From Leptospira sp. (GTDB taxonomy: Bacteria; Spirochaetota; Leptospiria; Leptospirales; Leptospiraceae): a stretch of DNA of 64,000 bases. Below the pieces are notes generated by a model. It made no database searches, was not told the origin of the DNA, and worked only from the letters and a program-made list of their open reading frames with translations. The stretch spans positions 128,001 through 192,000 of the forward strand of contig JAWXAQ010000007.1 in the NCBI GenBank assembly GCA_034439575.1, written 5' to 3'. The position numbers and the translations under genes are program-made. This document shows, piece after piece, positions 19,729 to 30,410 of this stretch; the first letter of the stretch is position 1, and every line of letters starts with the position of its first letter.

Positions 19729-21272
19729 TTTAATACTTGTTTGCTTGCAATTTTACTAAAAGCCATAATTGTAAAACTCGGATCTACACTCACACCCGTA
19801 GGAAATACAGAAGAATCTGATACAAATAGATTTTTAAAACCGTGCACTCTATGGCTAGAATCCACCACCGAATCAAAAACAGTTTTTCCCATTCGGCAAC
19901 CACCAGCGGGATGAGGGGCCGCCATTGGAAATTCAGCTGGTTTCCATTGAAGGGAATCAATATCTTCTTTTTTCGGAATTTTTGAAAAACGAATCAATTT
20001 ACTTCCTGGTAAAAAAACTTCTTTGGCACCTGCTTGGAAGTTTAAAACTATTTGTTTGTAAGTTAAATCATTAAATATTTGTTTGGTGATACTTCCAAAA
20101 GGATAATGAATTTTTCGATCTCCAAATTGATTCACCTCAATACGTCCAAGTTCTGATGGAACATCATCTATCCAGCCTATTGTACCGCCAAGATTTGGTA
20201 ATTGTTTCATATAATGAAAGTGATCCTTTCCGAAACCTGGAAGTAATGCGGCAAGCGTTGCTGGTTGCAATTGATTTGGCATAAGCATGTATCCTCCCTT
20301 AGAATACTTACCATTTTGGTATTCTGCTAATCGGAATGAATCTATACCAAAAGCGGCAGGGATGTTACGCCATTGTATGATAGGCTCATCAAATAGTGCA
20401 TGAACCATAGGAGAAGGGTTAATAGCTAGATATTCACCTAATTTGGGCAAACGATCTTTTAATCCATTTCGTAATAAAAAAGTAGAGCTACCAAATCCAC
20501 CAGCGGCTATGACCACGGCCTTCGACTTAAAAATAACTTTTTTAGAATCTTCTTTTTGCGACTTACGATTGATAACATGTGTTTCTAAACCACTAACCTG
20601 ATTTCCATTTTTTATTAATTTTATGGCTCGAAGATCAGTATAGACCTCCAAACCTAGGCTGACTGCTCGTGGAATATGTGTGACAAGTTGTGATTGTTTT
20701 GCACCGAAGATACATCCTTGCATACAATGTCCAGATTTCTGACAATTTTTTCTTGCCTGTGGTACATTGTGTCCTTCCCAACCTAATTCTTTTGCAGACC
20801 TACGAAATAATTGATTCATTCGATTGAAATATTCTTCGCTAGCAGGAGAAACATACAAATCTGATTCTAATTCTTGCCAATGTGGTTTCAAATCATCAGG
20901 TAAATGATGATCTACTCCGTAATTCTTATGCCACAACAGCAAACGGTCATCAGGTGTTCTGTAACTGTCTGCCCAATAATGAACGGACGCACCACCCAGA
21001 TTGTTTCCATATACTAATGATACTCCCCCATCTGAAGTGGTATGAAAATTTCTCTCCGCTGAAATTTTACCCGCCATATTTAATTCATAATTATCAAATG
21101 TACCAGTATGATAATTACCACCTTGCTCGACTAAGGCGACTTTAACTCCCTTTTTTGCCAATTCGTATGCCATTGTCGCACCACCACAACCCGATCCTAT
21201 GACGACAACATCAACAAAAATCTCTTCGCCACTGACATATGATTTCCAATCCCGATAAAACCCTGATTTCAT
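19719..21272 (-). CDS. GMC-family FAD oxidoreductase (long-chain alcohol oxidase-like)
   Basis: GSGCGG FAD motif, LGGAS, CQKSGHCMQGCIFGAKQS, HPAGGCRMG, DSSVFPTGVSVDP. Likely start is ATG 21272 (ATGA overlap with upstream gene), not 21320. Confidence 0.9.
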   Translation of the reverse strand: MKSGFYRDWKSYVSGEEIFVDVVVIGSGCGGATMAYELAKKGVKVALVEQGGNYHTGTFDNYELNMAGKISAERNFHTTSDGGVSLVYGNNLGGASVHYWADSYRTPDDRLLLWHKNYGVDHHLPDDLKPHWQELESDLYVSPASEEYFNRMNQLFRRSAKELGWEGHNVPQARKNCQKSGHCMQGCIFGAKQSQLVTHIPRAVSLGLEVYTDLRAIKLIKNGNQVSGLETHVINRKSQKEDSKKVIFKSKAVVIAAGGFGSSTFLLRNGLKDRLPKLGEYLAINPSPMVHALFDEPIIQWRNIPAAFGIDSFRLAEYQNGKYSKGGYMLMPNQLQPATLAALLPGFGKDHFHYMKQLPNLGGTIGWIDDVPSELGRIEVNQFGDRKIHYPFGSITKQIFNDLTYKQIVLNFQAGAKEVFLPGSKLIRFSKIPKKEDIDSLQWKPAEFPMAAPHPAGGCRMGKTVFDSVVDSSHRVHGFKNLFVSDSSVFPTGVSVDPSFTIMAFSKIASKQVLNQI

Positions 21273-21817
21273 TTTTGGTTCCGAAGCATTTCTTGATAAT
21301 AAATCCGAGATTCGCTCCATTTTTCAGGAGGATCACCAAAGGGACCATCATATCCGATCTGTTCCCATGAACTTCGATGTCCATAATAGGCAAGAAATGT
21401 GACTAACTTTAAATTTCCGATTACGGCTCGGATGATATCTGAATTCGTATCATTGCATAACATAAGTAATGCGAATCTGTCCGTTTGATTTAGTTTTTGA
21501 AATTTTGAAAAATATCCATAAAAAAACGGAAGATACTCTAATATAAAAATTGCATTATGAAATTCTTCTTGGATGTCTTCTGAAACAAAAGAAAATTCTT
21601 CATCAAGCCTTCTAATCACCTCGGCCTTAGCAATCGTTGGCATATTGTCTTCTAAGTTTGGTAAAATAGTTTCTGAAAAACACGAAACTATTTCTTGTTC
21701 TCGTTCCGAAAAATATAAAAAATTCTTTTTATCAATCTTACGACAAACGAAAACAAAACTCGAAAAAAATAACCCTGAAACAATTTGAAAAAAATATTTT
21801 CTAGATACCGATGGCAT
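21269..21817 (-). CDS. Gluconate 2-dehydrogenase subunit 3-like partner of the GMC flavoprotein
   Basis: Tat-like SRKYFF plus hydrophobic segment ending in Cys; SETILP; F-x2-L-x4-R; AYYG..SWEQIGYDGP tail. Start could be 21829 or 21817. Confidence 0.75.
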   Translation of the reverse strand: MPSVSRKYFFQIVSGLFFSSFVFVCRKIDKKNFLYFSEREQEIVSCFSETILPNLEDNMPTIAKAEVIRRLDEEFSFVSEDIQEEFHNAIFILEYLPFFYGYFSKFQKLNQTDRFALLMLCNDTNSDIIRAVIGNLKLVTFLAYYGHRSSWEQIGYDGPFGDPPEKWSESRIYYQEMLRNQK

Positions 21818-22958
21818 ATATTCTTCCAAGACCTTTTTCTTTTTTTCTAATTACAGGAATTGTTTTTTCATTTTTTATTATAAAGGCATCGCCAGTAGAT
21901 TCCAAATCCCAGATTTTTCCTCTAAAAAAAATGTTCATTCCATTAGGAATTTTATATTTCTTTGCTTTACCAAGAAGAGCATATTTTTGCCAAGCTTGAT
22001 ATTCTGTTAGCTTATGAACATCCGATTTATTTACATCACTTGGAGTTTTTTCTCCATTATATCCATTCCATTTTTCATCCCAAGATTTACTTGGTGCGAC
22101 TAACGAAGGTATTGCTATTAATGTGACATTGTTCTTAATTGCTGATTCATAAGGATTTGGATACCAAGAATCAGCGCAGATCATAATTTTGAGATTACCC
22201 AAAGAAGTATTATAAAAAACATCTTCGCTTAAATTTTCTTTAGATAAAAATGATTTTTCTTCTTCAATTAGAAATTGCTTTCGAGTAATATTGGGATGAA
22301 CAACTCCCGTAGAATCAAAATAAAAACTTACGTTTTGTAATGGCCCATCTGATATAGTAATTTTTCCTTCCACAACTTTTGGTTCAGGTAATACAATTGA
22401 ACCTGCTACGATTCCTACTCTATATTCACTTGCCAATTTACTAAATACATTTTGATAGGTTTCTGCCATTCTAAGAGCTTTCATTCTGAACAAAGTTTCT
22501 TTGGTTTTATCTTTCGCATAACTAGTATCAAATAAATATGTCCAGATATATCGAATCAAATGATTGAAAACAAGAGTTTCCATGGCCGCATTGATTGTTT
22601 CTTCTTTGAAAACATTTTGATTTTCACCACTGGCAACTAACCAAGTACCAATGTATTCTGGGAATATGAGAATCGTACGATCAGACTGAAGTAATTCTTC
22701 TTTTTTCGCAGTATCCAGATAAAATTTAAGAAGCTGGTAAAACGTATCCTCTGTTAGGTAATCTTCCTTTTCAAGATAGGGTTCGATACCTAACAAATAA
22801 CCTTTATGTGGTTTCCCCTCAATTTGAATTAGAACATTGGGAATTTTTGATGGTGAGTGTGGAAAATCATTTGTAATGTTCTGATTGGAACAAGACAAGC
22901 TTAACAATGAGAACGAAATGATAAGACCTAAGATCTTGCGATTCATACTTTGGAACAT
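21801..22958 (-). CDS. Carbon-nitrogen hydrolase (nitrilase superfamily) lipoprotein
   Basis: Lipobox LSLS-C; catalytic triad FPEY (Glu), RKQFL (Lys), ICADSW (Cys). Confidence 0.85.
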   Translation of the reverse strand: MFQSMNRKILGLIISFSLLSLSCSNQNITNDFPHSPSKIPNVLIQIEGKPHKGYLLGIEPYLEKEDYLTEDTFYQLLKFYLDTAKKEELLQSDRTILIFPEYIGTWLVASGENQNVFKEETINAAMETLVFNHLIRYIWTYLFDTSYAKDKTKETLFRMKALRMAETYQNVFSKLASEYRVGIVAGSIVLPEPKVVEGKITISDGPLQNVSFYFDSTGVVHPNITRKQFLIEEEKSFLSKENLSEDVFYNTSLGNLKIMICADSWYPNPYESAIKNNVTLIAIPSLVAPSKSWDEKWNGYNGEKTPSDVNKSDVHKLTEYQAWQKYALLGKAKKYKIPNGMNIFFRGKIWDLESTGDAFIIKNEKTIPVIRKKEKGLGRIYAIGI

Positions 22959-23018
22959 TCGAAAGGAACAATATTTTATTGTCTTCCTTCATTTTTCTTT
23001 TACTTTGACTCATAACCT

Positions 23019-24227
23019 ATGAAAGAGAAAAACCCTCCTAAAAAAATCGTACTGGCTTACTCAGGCGGTTTAGATACCTCAGTCATCCTAGCATGGCTTA
23101 AAGATACTTATGGTTGCGAAGTCATCGCGTTTTGTGCTGATGTGGGCCAAAAAGAAGAACTCACTGGCTTAGAAGAAAAAGGAAAAAACACTGGGGCTTC
23201 GAAGGTATTTATAGAAGATTTACGTTTAGAATTTGCTCGAGATTTCATCTATCCAGCCATTCGCGGATCAGCCATTTATGAAATGCGATACTTACTCGGC
23301 ACTTCATTAGCGAGACCACTGATAGCAAAAGCGATGGTCGATGTAGCTTTAAAAGAAGGAGCTGATGCTTTTTCGCATGGTGCCACAGGAAAGGGAAACG
23401 ACCAAGTACGATTTGAACTCACATTTAAAGCATTATCCCCTGATTTACAAATCATTGCCCCTTGGCGTATTTGGGAATTTGGTGGCCGACAAGACTTAGT
23501 AGAATATGCGAAGAAAAAAGGAATACCTGTTCCCGTAACAGCCGCTAAGCCTTATTCGATGGATAGAAATCTTATGCATCTTTCTTTTGAAGGTGGTATA
23601 TTAGAAGATCCGTATACGGAACCCAAGGAAGATATGTTTATTCTCACTGTCTCACCAGAGAAAGCACCCGACAAAGCCACTTATTTAGAGTTAGGTTTTG
23701 AGAAGGGGGATTGTACTTCAATTGATGGAAAAAAAATGAATCCATTAGAAGTTATGGACTTCTTAAACGATGTGGGTGGTAAAAATGGAATCGGTCGTGT
23801 GGACATCGTAGAAAATAGATTGGTTGGGATCAAATCTAGAGGTGTATACGAAACCCCTGGTGGAACGATACTACATACTGCTCATAGAGATCTTGAATCG
23901 ATAACTATAGACCGCGACACTCAACACAAAAAAGACGAACTCTCTCATGAGTTTGCTCGTTATATTTACAACGGCCAATGGTATTCAAATCAAATGAATG
24001 CTTTAAGAGTATTTATGGACTATACACAAACGTCTGTTACGGGAACTGTTCGTATAAAACTTTATAAAGGAACTTGCAGTGTCGTGGGCAGAAAATCTGA
24101 TAAATCCTTATATAACGCTGGATTATCTACTTTCGAAAAAGAAGAATTGTACAATCAGAAAGATGCAGAAGGTTTTATAAACCTCTTTGGTTTACCGATG
24201 AAGGAATGGGCAAGAGTAAGGAAATAA
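23019..24227 (+). CDS. argG: Argininosuccinate synthase
   Basis: [44 protein letters not shown]. Confidence 0.98.
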   Translation: MKEKNPPKKIVLAYSGGLDTSVILAWLKDTYGCEVIAFCADVGQKEELTGLEEKGKNTGASKVFIEDLRLEFARDFIYPAIRGSAIYEMRYLLGTSLARPLIAKAMVDVALKEGADAFSHGATGKGNDQVRFELTFKALSPDLQIIAPWRIWEFGGRQDLVEYAKKKGIPVPVTAAKPYSMDRNLMHLSFEGGILEDPYTEPKEDMFILTVSPEKAPDKATYLELGFEKGDCTSIDGKKMNPLEVMDFLNDVGGKNGIGRVDIVENRLVGIKSRGVYETPGGTILHTAHRDLESITIDRDTQHKKDELSHEFARYIYNGQWYSNQMNALRVFMDYTQTSVTGTVRIKLYKGTCSVVGRKSDKSLYNAGLSTFEKEELYNQKDAEGFINLFGLPMKEWARVRK

Positions 24228-24228
24228 G

Positions 24229-24723
24229 ATGAAATCCATAGCCATATATCCCGGTTCTTTTGATCCATTTACTAATGGTCACCTTGATATAATTAGGCGT
24301 GCCCATCCTTTATTCGAAAAAATAATTATTGCTGTAGCGATAAACTCAAAAAAATCTTCTCTCTTTTCACCTGAAGAGAGAGTGGATTTGATTAGTCAAA
24401 TTTTCAAGGGATGGGATAAAATCGAAATAGATACTTTCCAAGGTTTAACTGTCGATTATTGCAAATCAAAAAATTCGCATGTCATTCTTCGAGGTCTACG
24501 AGCTGTGACAGACTTTGATTATGAGTATGCGATTTCACTAATGAATAAGAAATTAGCTCCAGATATAGAGACTTTTTTTCTAATGGCGGATAATGAGTAC
24601 TCTTTTGTGTCTTCTACTATAGTCAAAGAAGTAGCACGTCATGGTAGAGCTGTTTCCAATCAAGTTCCAGACATTGTCAATGATGCACTTTTAAAAAAAT
24701 ATCAAAACGGCGAATCACATTAG
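24229..24723 (+). CDS. coaD: Phosphopantetheine adenylyltransferase
   Basis: [37 protein letters not shown]. Confidence 0.98.
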   Translation: MKSIAIYPGSFDPFTNGHLDIIRRAHPLFEKIIIAVAINSKKSSLFSPEERVDLISQIFKGWDKIEIDTFQGLTVDYCKSKNSHVILRGLRAVTDFDYEYAISLMNKKLAPDIETFFLMADNEYSFVSSTIVKEVARHGRAVSNQVPDIVNDALLKKYQNGESH

Positions 24724-24727
24724 CACA

Positions 24728-26836
24728 ATGAAATCTAGATCATCAATTTTCTACCTTGTATCAATCATTGTTTTTGGAATCATTGCCTATTTGATAATTA
24801 ATCTAGGTGGAGAATTAAAAGCTCCCATTCCTGACCAAATCATTCAGGATAAAGATGAACTGTCATTTGATATATTAAAAAAACTTAAACACCCCTTAGC
24901 CTTATTATTTTTACAAATTATTATCGTTTCTGCATTCGCCAGGATACTTGGATATATTTTTTCCAGAAGACTCAAACAACCAAGTGTTATGGGAGAAATC
25001 GTCGCAGGTATTTTACTCGGACCTTCATTATTGGGATATTATTTTCCAGAGATAATGAATTCTCTTTTTCCACCAGCTAGTTTGTCTAACCTAACAACAT
25101 TTAGTCAAATTGGTTTAGTACTTTTTATGTTCATCATAGGAATGGAATTGGACATTAAAATATTAAAATCAAAAGTACATTCAGCTATTATCATCAGTCA
25201 TGCGAGTATTCTATTTCCATTTATATTGGGAATGACGCTTGCATATTATTTATATACTGATTACGCTCCCGCAAATATTTCATTTTTATCTTTTTCTCTC
25301 TTTTTAGGAATTGCTATGAGCATCACAGCTTTTCCTGTTCTGGCACGTATCTTACAAGAAAGAAACTTAACTCGTACCCCACTGGGGGCATTAGTTCTAA
25401 CTTGTGCGGCAGCGGATGATATAACAGCTTGGATACTCCTTGCCATCATCGTCACAATTGCCAAAGCAGGTAACCTTAGTTCTGCACTTTTTACAATTGG
25501 TTTATCATTTACTTATATTTTAGGGATGTTGTTCTTGGTTGCACCATTTCTAAAAAGACTTGGAATGATTTATATCTCCAGGGAAAACCTAACACGCACA
25601 GCCGTTGCGATGATTTTACTTATTGTATTTGGATCTGCATTTACAACAGAAATAATCGGAATACACGCATTATTCGGAGCATTTTTAGCAGGTGTAATCA
25701 TGCCAGCTGAAGGAAATTTGAAAAAATTGATCGCAGAAAAAATAGAAGATTTAGCGGTTATATTATTTCTCCCCATTTTCTTTGTGATAACAGGTTTAAG
25801 AACACAAATAACTCTATTAAATGATCCAAATTTATGGGCAGTTTTGGGACTCGTTATTTCCATCGCAGTAATTGGAAAATTTTTCGGCAGTGCAATGGCT
25901 GCTCGCATTTCAGGTGCTAATTGGGAAGAATCACTTTCCATCGGTGCTTTGATGAATACACGCGGACTAATGGAACTTGTCGTTTTAAATATTGGATATG
26001 ATCTCGGGATTTTAAGTCCTGAAATATTTGCCGTATTTGTCCTCATGGCACTAGTAACCACTCTTTCCACAGGTCCTTTGTTAGATGGGATTCAAAAATG
26101 GTTTTCACATTCGCCATCGGATTCCGTAGCTACAAAAGTTGTTGAAAATAAATTGAAAGTCGTAGTGGCTTTTGCCCAAGAAAAAATGGGAAGTAGCCTT
26201 GTTCGTTTTGCATATGCACTTACCGGAAATCAGAAAAAAAATCTCGATTTGACCGCCTTACATATTTCACCAAATGATACTTTGACCAATGAAGAATTAA
26301 TTCGTTATCGAGAATCTAGTTTTGAAAGTATTCGTGATACTGCCAAAGAAATAGGTATCAATGTAAAAACTGAGTATCGGGTGACAGATAATATTACCTA
26401 TGAAATTGTTAACTTCGCCAAACAATATCAATCCGATCTTTTACTAATTGGAGCTGCAAAACCTTTATTTTCCAGAAGTTATACCGGAGGAAGGATCAAA
26501 AGTATATTAAATTATTCTCCAGCAACTGTAGGTGTACTGATTGATAATGGATTAGAATCTTATGATAAAGTTGGAATACTCTATCACGCAAGTAATGATA
26601 CAATCTTATCCTTTGCCGAAAAATTAACAACTCTCAAAGGGATGAAATCTTCGAAAATAAAAATCAGTGATATCTTACAACCTGAAACAGATTTAAATCC
26701 TGAACCTATCTCAGTCGTTAAATTATCCCCTTATTCTTTATTAATTATTGATCTCAAAGATTGGGAAGAAGCTGGTTTCGAAAAATTGGACAATCTTCCC
26801 ACTTCATTTCTACTCGTCCGATTTTTGCATTCATAA
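24728..26836 (+). CDS. Cation:proton antiporter (CPA2/CHX-like) with USP-like C-terminal domain
   Basis: QPSVMGEIVAGILLGPS, SITAFPVLARIL, AAADD, HALFGAFLAG, MNTRGLMEL; soluble C-terminus with DLLLIG. Confidence 0.92.
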   Translation: MKSRSSIFYLVSIIVFGIIAYLIINLGGELKAPIPDQIIQDKDELSFDILKKLKHPLALLFLQIIIVSAFARILGYIFSRRLKQPSVMGEIVAGILLGPSLLGYYFPEIMNSLFPPASLSNLTTFSQIGLVLFMFIIGMELDIKILKSKVHSAIIISHASILFPFILGMTLAYYLYTDYAPANISFLSFSLFLGIAMSITAFPVLARILQERNLTRTPLGALVLTCAAADDITAWILLAIIVTIAKAGNLSSALFTIGLSFTYILGMLFLVAPFLKRLGMIYISRENLTRTAVAMILLIVFGSAFTTEIIGIHALFGAFLAGVIMPAEGNLKKLIAEKIEDLAVILFLPIFFVITGLRTQITLLNDPNLWAVLGLVISIAVIGKFFGSAMAARISGANWEESLSIGALMNTRGLMELVVLNIGYDLGILSPEIFAVFVLMALVTTLSTGPLLDGIQKWFSHSPSDSVATKVVENKLKVVVAFAQEKMGSSLVRFAYALTGNQKKNLDLTALHISPNDTLTNEELIRYRESSFESIRDTAKEIGINVKTEYRVTDNITYEIVNFAKQYQSDLLLIGAAKPLFSRSYTGGRIKSILNYSPATVGVLIDNGLESYDKVGILYHASNDTILSFAEKLTTLKGMKSSKIKISDILQPETDLNPEPISVVKLSPYSLLIIDLKDWEEAGFEKLDNLPTSFLLVRFLHS

Positions 26837-26878
26837 AGATTCGGTTGCTTTTTTGCGTTCTTAGGGCGATCTGGACTT

Positions 26879-27292
26879 ATGGAAAGAACTTTCATTATGC
26901 TAAAACCTGATGCTGTTAAAAACAAGCATATAGGTGACATCCTTCAAAGAATTGAAAAAGAAGGATTTAAAATTCTAGGATTAAAATTCCTTAAACTCAG
27001 TTTAGAAGACGCGAAACAGTTTTATAAAGTACACTCTGCTCGCCCTTTTTACAATGACCTTTGTAACTACATGGCATCTGGTCCTATAGTTGCTGCTGCC
27101 CTCGAGAGAGATAACGCTGTATTACATTGGAGAGATGTTATCGGTGCTACGGATCCTAAAGAAGCAAAAGCTGGAACGATCAGAGCCTTATTTGCAGAAA
27201 GCAAAGAAGCAAATGCGGTTCATGGATCAGATTCCGTTGACAATGCATTGCAAGAAATTGCATTTTTCTTTAAAGGTTACGAGCTTAACTAA
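26879..27292 (+). CDS. ndk: Nucleoside diphosphate kinase
   Basis: [29 protein letters not shown]. Confidence 0.98.
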   Translation: MERTFIMLKPDAVKNKHIGDILQRIEKEGFKILGLKFLKLSLEDAKQFYKVHSARPFYNDLCNYMASGPIVAAALERDNAVLHWRDVIGATDPKEAKAGTIRALFAESKEANAVHGSDSVDNALQEIAFFFKGYELN

Positions 27293-27299
27293 AAAAATT

Positions 27300-27327
27300 T
27301 ACCGGCCTGTTTTTTTACAGGTCGGTA
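27300..27327 (+). terminator. Stem-loop after ndk
   Basis: TACCGGCCTGT-T-rich loop-ACAGGTCGGTA, 11-bp stem with one G-U pair; lacks a downstream U-tract. Confidence 0.55.
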
Positions 27328-27338
27328 GGTATATGTAA

Positions 27339-28283
27339 ATGAATGCATTTCTACTTTCTGTTGATAATGCTAAATCACTTTTTGACTCTTTTTTCCTTCC
27401 CTTTATAAAATCTATACTTTCATCTTATTCAAATTCTCGCGTAAGTGATGCATGTTTATATAGTTTGGAAGCTGGTGGAAAACGCATTCGACCAATTATT
27501 GCCATTAACAGTTATTATGGGAAAAATCCTTTTCCGAATACATTTTTTGAAAATTTATCCCAACAAAATATTTTATATATAGCTTCTGCCTTAGAATGCC
27601 TCCACACCTATTCTTTAATTCATGATGATTTGCCATCTATGGATGATGATGATTTAAGAAGAGGAAGGCCCACATGCCACAAACAATTTGATGTTCCCAC
27701 AGCCATTCTAGCAGGGGATGCGCTTAATTCATTAGGATTTTACATTTTAAGTTTGCTTGAAGTAGATACTAGTACTTTAAAATCTTGTTTCGCCTATTTA
27801 CATGAAGGTGTTGGAATTCCAGGAATGATCACAGGCCAAATGGAAGATCTGCAAGAGGAAGGAAAAGCGCTAGTTTCCATCATAGAAAAAAATATTTCTA
27901 GAGAAGATCGTTTAGAATCCATTCATTCTAAAAAAACTGGAGCCTTAATCGTTGCTAGTTTTTTGCTTGGCAATAGGTTACGCGAAGACTATTCAGATAG
28001 AGAAAATTTAATTCGTCAATATGGTAAAGAAATTGGTCTCTTGTTCCAGATAACAGATGATATATTGGATGTTGAAGGAAATGAATTAGAAATCGGCAAA
28101 ACACCAGGAAAAGACCAAAGATCTGGAAAATTGACCTACCCTGCATTATATGGCATGGAACAATCCAAAAAATTACGAGAAAACACTAAAGAAAAAGCCA
28201 TCTCTATCGCCAAACAACTAAAAGAAGAAGATAATTCATTTTTGATCGGATTTCCAAATTACCTTGCAGAACGAAAAAATTAG
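27339..28283 (+). CDS. ispA: Polyprenyl (farnesyl/geranyl) diphosphate synthase
   Basis: GGKRIRP, SLIHDDLPSMDDDDLRRG, GQMED, KKTG, FQITDDILD, GKTPGKD. Confidence 0.92.
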   Translation: MNAFLLSVDNAKSLFDSFFLPFIKSILSSYSNSRVSDACLYSLEAGGKRIRPIIAINSYYGKNPFPNTFFENLSQQNILYIASALECLHTYSLIHDDLPSMDDDDLRRGRPTCHKQFDVPTAILAGDALNSLGFYILSLLEVDTSTLKSCFAYLHEGVGIPGMITGQMEDLQEEGKALVSIIEKNISREDRLESIHSKKTGALIVASFLLGNRLREDYSDRENLIRQYGKEIGLLFQITDDILDVEGNELEIGKTPGKDQRSGKLTYPALYGMEQSKKLRENTKEKAISIAKQLKEEDNSFLIGFPNYLAERKN

Positions 28284-29034
28284 ACTGGATATTTTTTTGC
28301 AGTCTTCGGATTTAATCCCCGAAAAACATTTAATTCCATCCTTTATCCTTTCTGGATCCATCCTTGTCAATGACCGTGTTATCACAAAGCCAGGCACCTT
28401 AATCCACAAAACAGACATAGTACGAATTAAGGAAAAAATTAAAAAATATGTTTCAAGAGGTGCTTATAAATTAATCGGTGCCTTTGATGCTTTTAAAGAT
28501 ATCGATATAAATGAAAAAGTTTGTTTAGATTTAGGGGCTTCAACTGGTGGATTCACTCAAATTCTTTTAGAAAAAAATGCAAAGCATGTATACGCAGTTG
28601 ATGTCGGTTATGGCCAATTAGCACAAAAACTAGCAAATGATAAACGAGTTACTGTATTTGATAGAACTCACATCAAAGATCTTCACTTTTCAGAATTACA
28701 TTTTCCAAATGAAAAATATTTTGTTTGTATGGATTTAAGCTTTATTTCATTAACAGCTGTCTTTCCATATCTTTCTAATCTAATTCAAGAATCAAATTTA
28801 GAATATTGGGAGGGAGTCTCATTGATTAAACCTCAATTTGAATTACCGTCTCGTTATTTAGAAAAAGGTATTGTTCGAGATCGTTTTATTCAGCTTATTG
28901 CCATAAGACACGTTTGGCGAGAGATAAAAAGACAAAATCCAAATTTCTGTTTTGTAGCATTGGCCGAATCACCTATACAGGGTACAGATGGAAATCATGA
29001 ATTTTTATTAAGATGGAAATGGAAAAGATCGTAG
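28264..29034 (+). CDS. tlyA: TlyA-family rRNA 2'-O-methyltransferase
   Basis: S4-like N-terminus (RLD), YVSRGAYKL, DLGASTGGFT, AVDVGYGQL, DLSFISL, LIKPQFE, SPIQGTDGNHEF. Confidence 0.93.
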   Translation: MQNEKIRLDIFLQSSDLIPEKHLIPSFILSGSILVNDRVITKPGTLIHKTDIVRIKEKIKKYVSRGAYKLIGAFDAFKDIDINEKVCLDLGASTGGFTQILLEKNAKHVYAVDVGYGQLAQKLANDKRVTVFDRTHIKDLHFSELHFPNEKYFVCMDLSFISLTAVFPYLSNLIQESNLEYWEGVSLIKPQFELPSRYLEKGIVRDRFIQLIAIRHVWREIKRQNPNFCFVALAESPIQGTDGNHEFLLRWKWKRS

Positions 29035-29048
29035 GATACTTTGTTATA

Positions 29049-29414
29049 CTAATTGAAGAATGAGGAAATTGATTCTCTGAGTTGGTCGGTTGTGAAAGGT
29101 TTAAGCAAGATATGGTAAGTGGGAATTTTCCGTATTTTGTTTTGATGGTCTTCAGCTAAATTGCCAGTCAGAAAAAGAATCGGTACTGAAAATCTTTCCA
29201 ACAATGAGTCGGCAGTTTCCATGCCATCAAGGCTACCTTCCAAATTTATATCCATTAGGATCAAATCGGGTACTCGTTCAGATACGACTTGGAAAGCCTC
29301 ATCTCCAGATGGAACTACGGCGATTACGTGGTGTCCAAAAGACTCAATTTTTTGTTTTATATTGAGTCCGAGGAAGGGTTCATCCTCAACCACCAAAACA
29401 TTTATTTTCGCCAT
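29049..29414 (-). CDS. Single-domain response regulator
   Basis: VEDE, LILMDINL, FLTG, KPF; GGAG SD. Confidence 0.92.
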   Translation of the reverse strand: MAKINVLVVEDEPFLGLNIKQKIESFGHHVIAVVPSGDEAFQVVSERVPDLILMDINLEGSLDGMETADSLLERFSVPILFLTGNLAEDHQNKIRKIPTYHILLKPFTTDQLRESISSFFN

Positions 29415-29506
29415 ATTGACTCCATTTTATAGTGGGGGGTCGGTTATGAAGTAAAAATCTTTTTCATTTTGTAAAAGTAATGCCTTAACACCCGTCAGGA
29501 AAATCC

Positions 29507-30379
29507 CTAATACTTTATAGAAAAATTTCTAATTTGAATGGCAATTTCTTTCGGTTTTTCCAGGTGAATCGCGTGTTTTGCCTTAGGTAACCAAATGATA
29601 TTGGACTTACTTATGTACGTTTTCATTTTTTTTATCATGGAAGGAGGTGTAATTTCATCCGCTTCACCAGAAATGATCAATGTCGGAATTTTAATTCCTT
29701 TCATCGCCTTACCATGAAAAATTTCAGCTTCTCTGCTTAGGGTATTTTCTTGCAAATAAACGTTTTCCCAACTATTCCAAACGGTAACCAGTGTTCTACG
29801 TAAGAGAAAATTAGGATCGGGTGCCTCTTCCCCATACAAATGGTTTAGTAATGAAACAACATCACGTTCCGTTTTTGGAAAAAGTATCTCTTGCATTTCT
29901 TGTCTTTTAGGATGTGGCATTCCACCAGGAGCTAACATAATCAACTTTTTTATAAAACGTTTGGTATCTTTAAGAACTATATGCTGGGAAACTAAACCTC
30001 CCATTGAATGTCCTACAAGTAGAATGTTTTTTAAACCTAATGATTCAAAAGCGAGTAAAAGTAAATCTGCCCAAACATCGATTTGGTATAAATATTTTAC
30101 TTTTGGCATTCGACTCCGACCGTAACCAGGAAGATCAAAAACAAGAATATTTTTTCCTTCTCCTAACAACTCCTTAACGATTCGCCTATTGCTAAAACCT
30201 TCATCTAAAAGACCATGCAAAAAAACAATTGGACTTTCCTTATTTCCTTCAAATTTCCAATAAAAAAGTTTGTGTCCACCAAGATCTACATAAGATGGAA
30301 TACCACCCATAATTTTCATTGATTTGCTTCTCTGATATTGGTATAGTCTATATATAAGTTTATAAAAATATGAAAACAT
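29507..30379 (-). CDS. Alpha/beta hydrolase
   Basis: FLHG, DLPGYG, GHSMGG nucleophile, GEADEIT, AKHAIHLE. Confidence 0.92.
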   Translation of the reverse strand: MFSYFYKLIYRLYQYQRSKSMKIMGGIPSYVDLGGHKLFYWKFEGNKESPIVFLHGLLDEGFSNRRIVKELLGEGKNILVFDLPGYGRSRMPKVKYLYQIDVWADLLLLAFESLGLKNILLVGHSMGGLVSQHIVLKDTKRFIKKLIMLAPGGMPHPKRQEMQEILFPKTERDVVSLLNHLYGEEAPDPNFLLRRTLVTVWNSWENVYLQENTLSREAEIFHGKAMKGIKIPTLIISGEADEITPPSMIKKMKTYISKSNIIWLPKAKHAIHLEKPKEIAIQIRNFSIKY

Positions 30380-30410
30380 ACTTAGCTAAAATTCCTTCTT
30401 AATCATCAAT

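Noticed and set aside
28264-29034. Hemolysin/virulence gene
   Set aside because: TlyA motifs and the position after ispA are the standard housekeeping rRNA methyltransferase context.
29419-29441. RBS-sequestering hairpin (RNA thermometer) before the single-domain response regulator
   Set aside because: On the coding strand the stem has only about 6 pairs with an internal loop, too weak to support.
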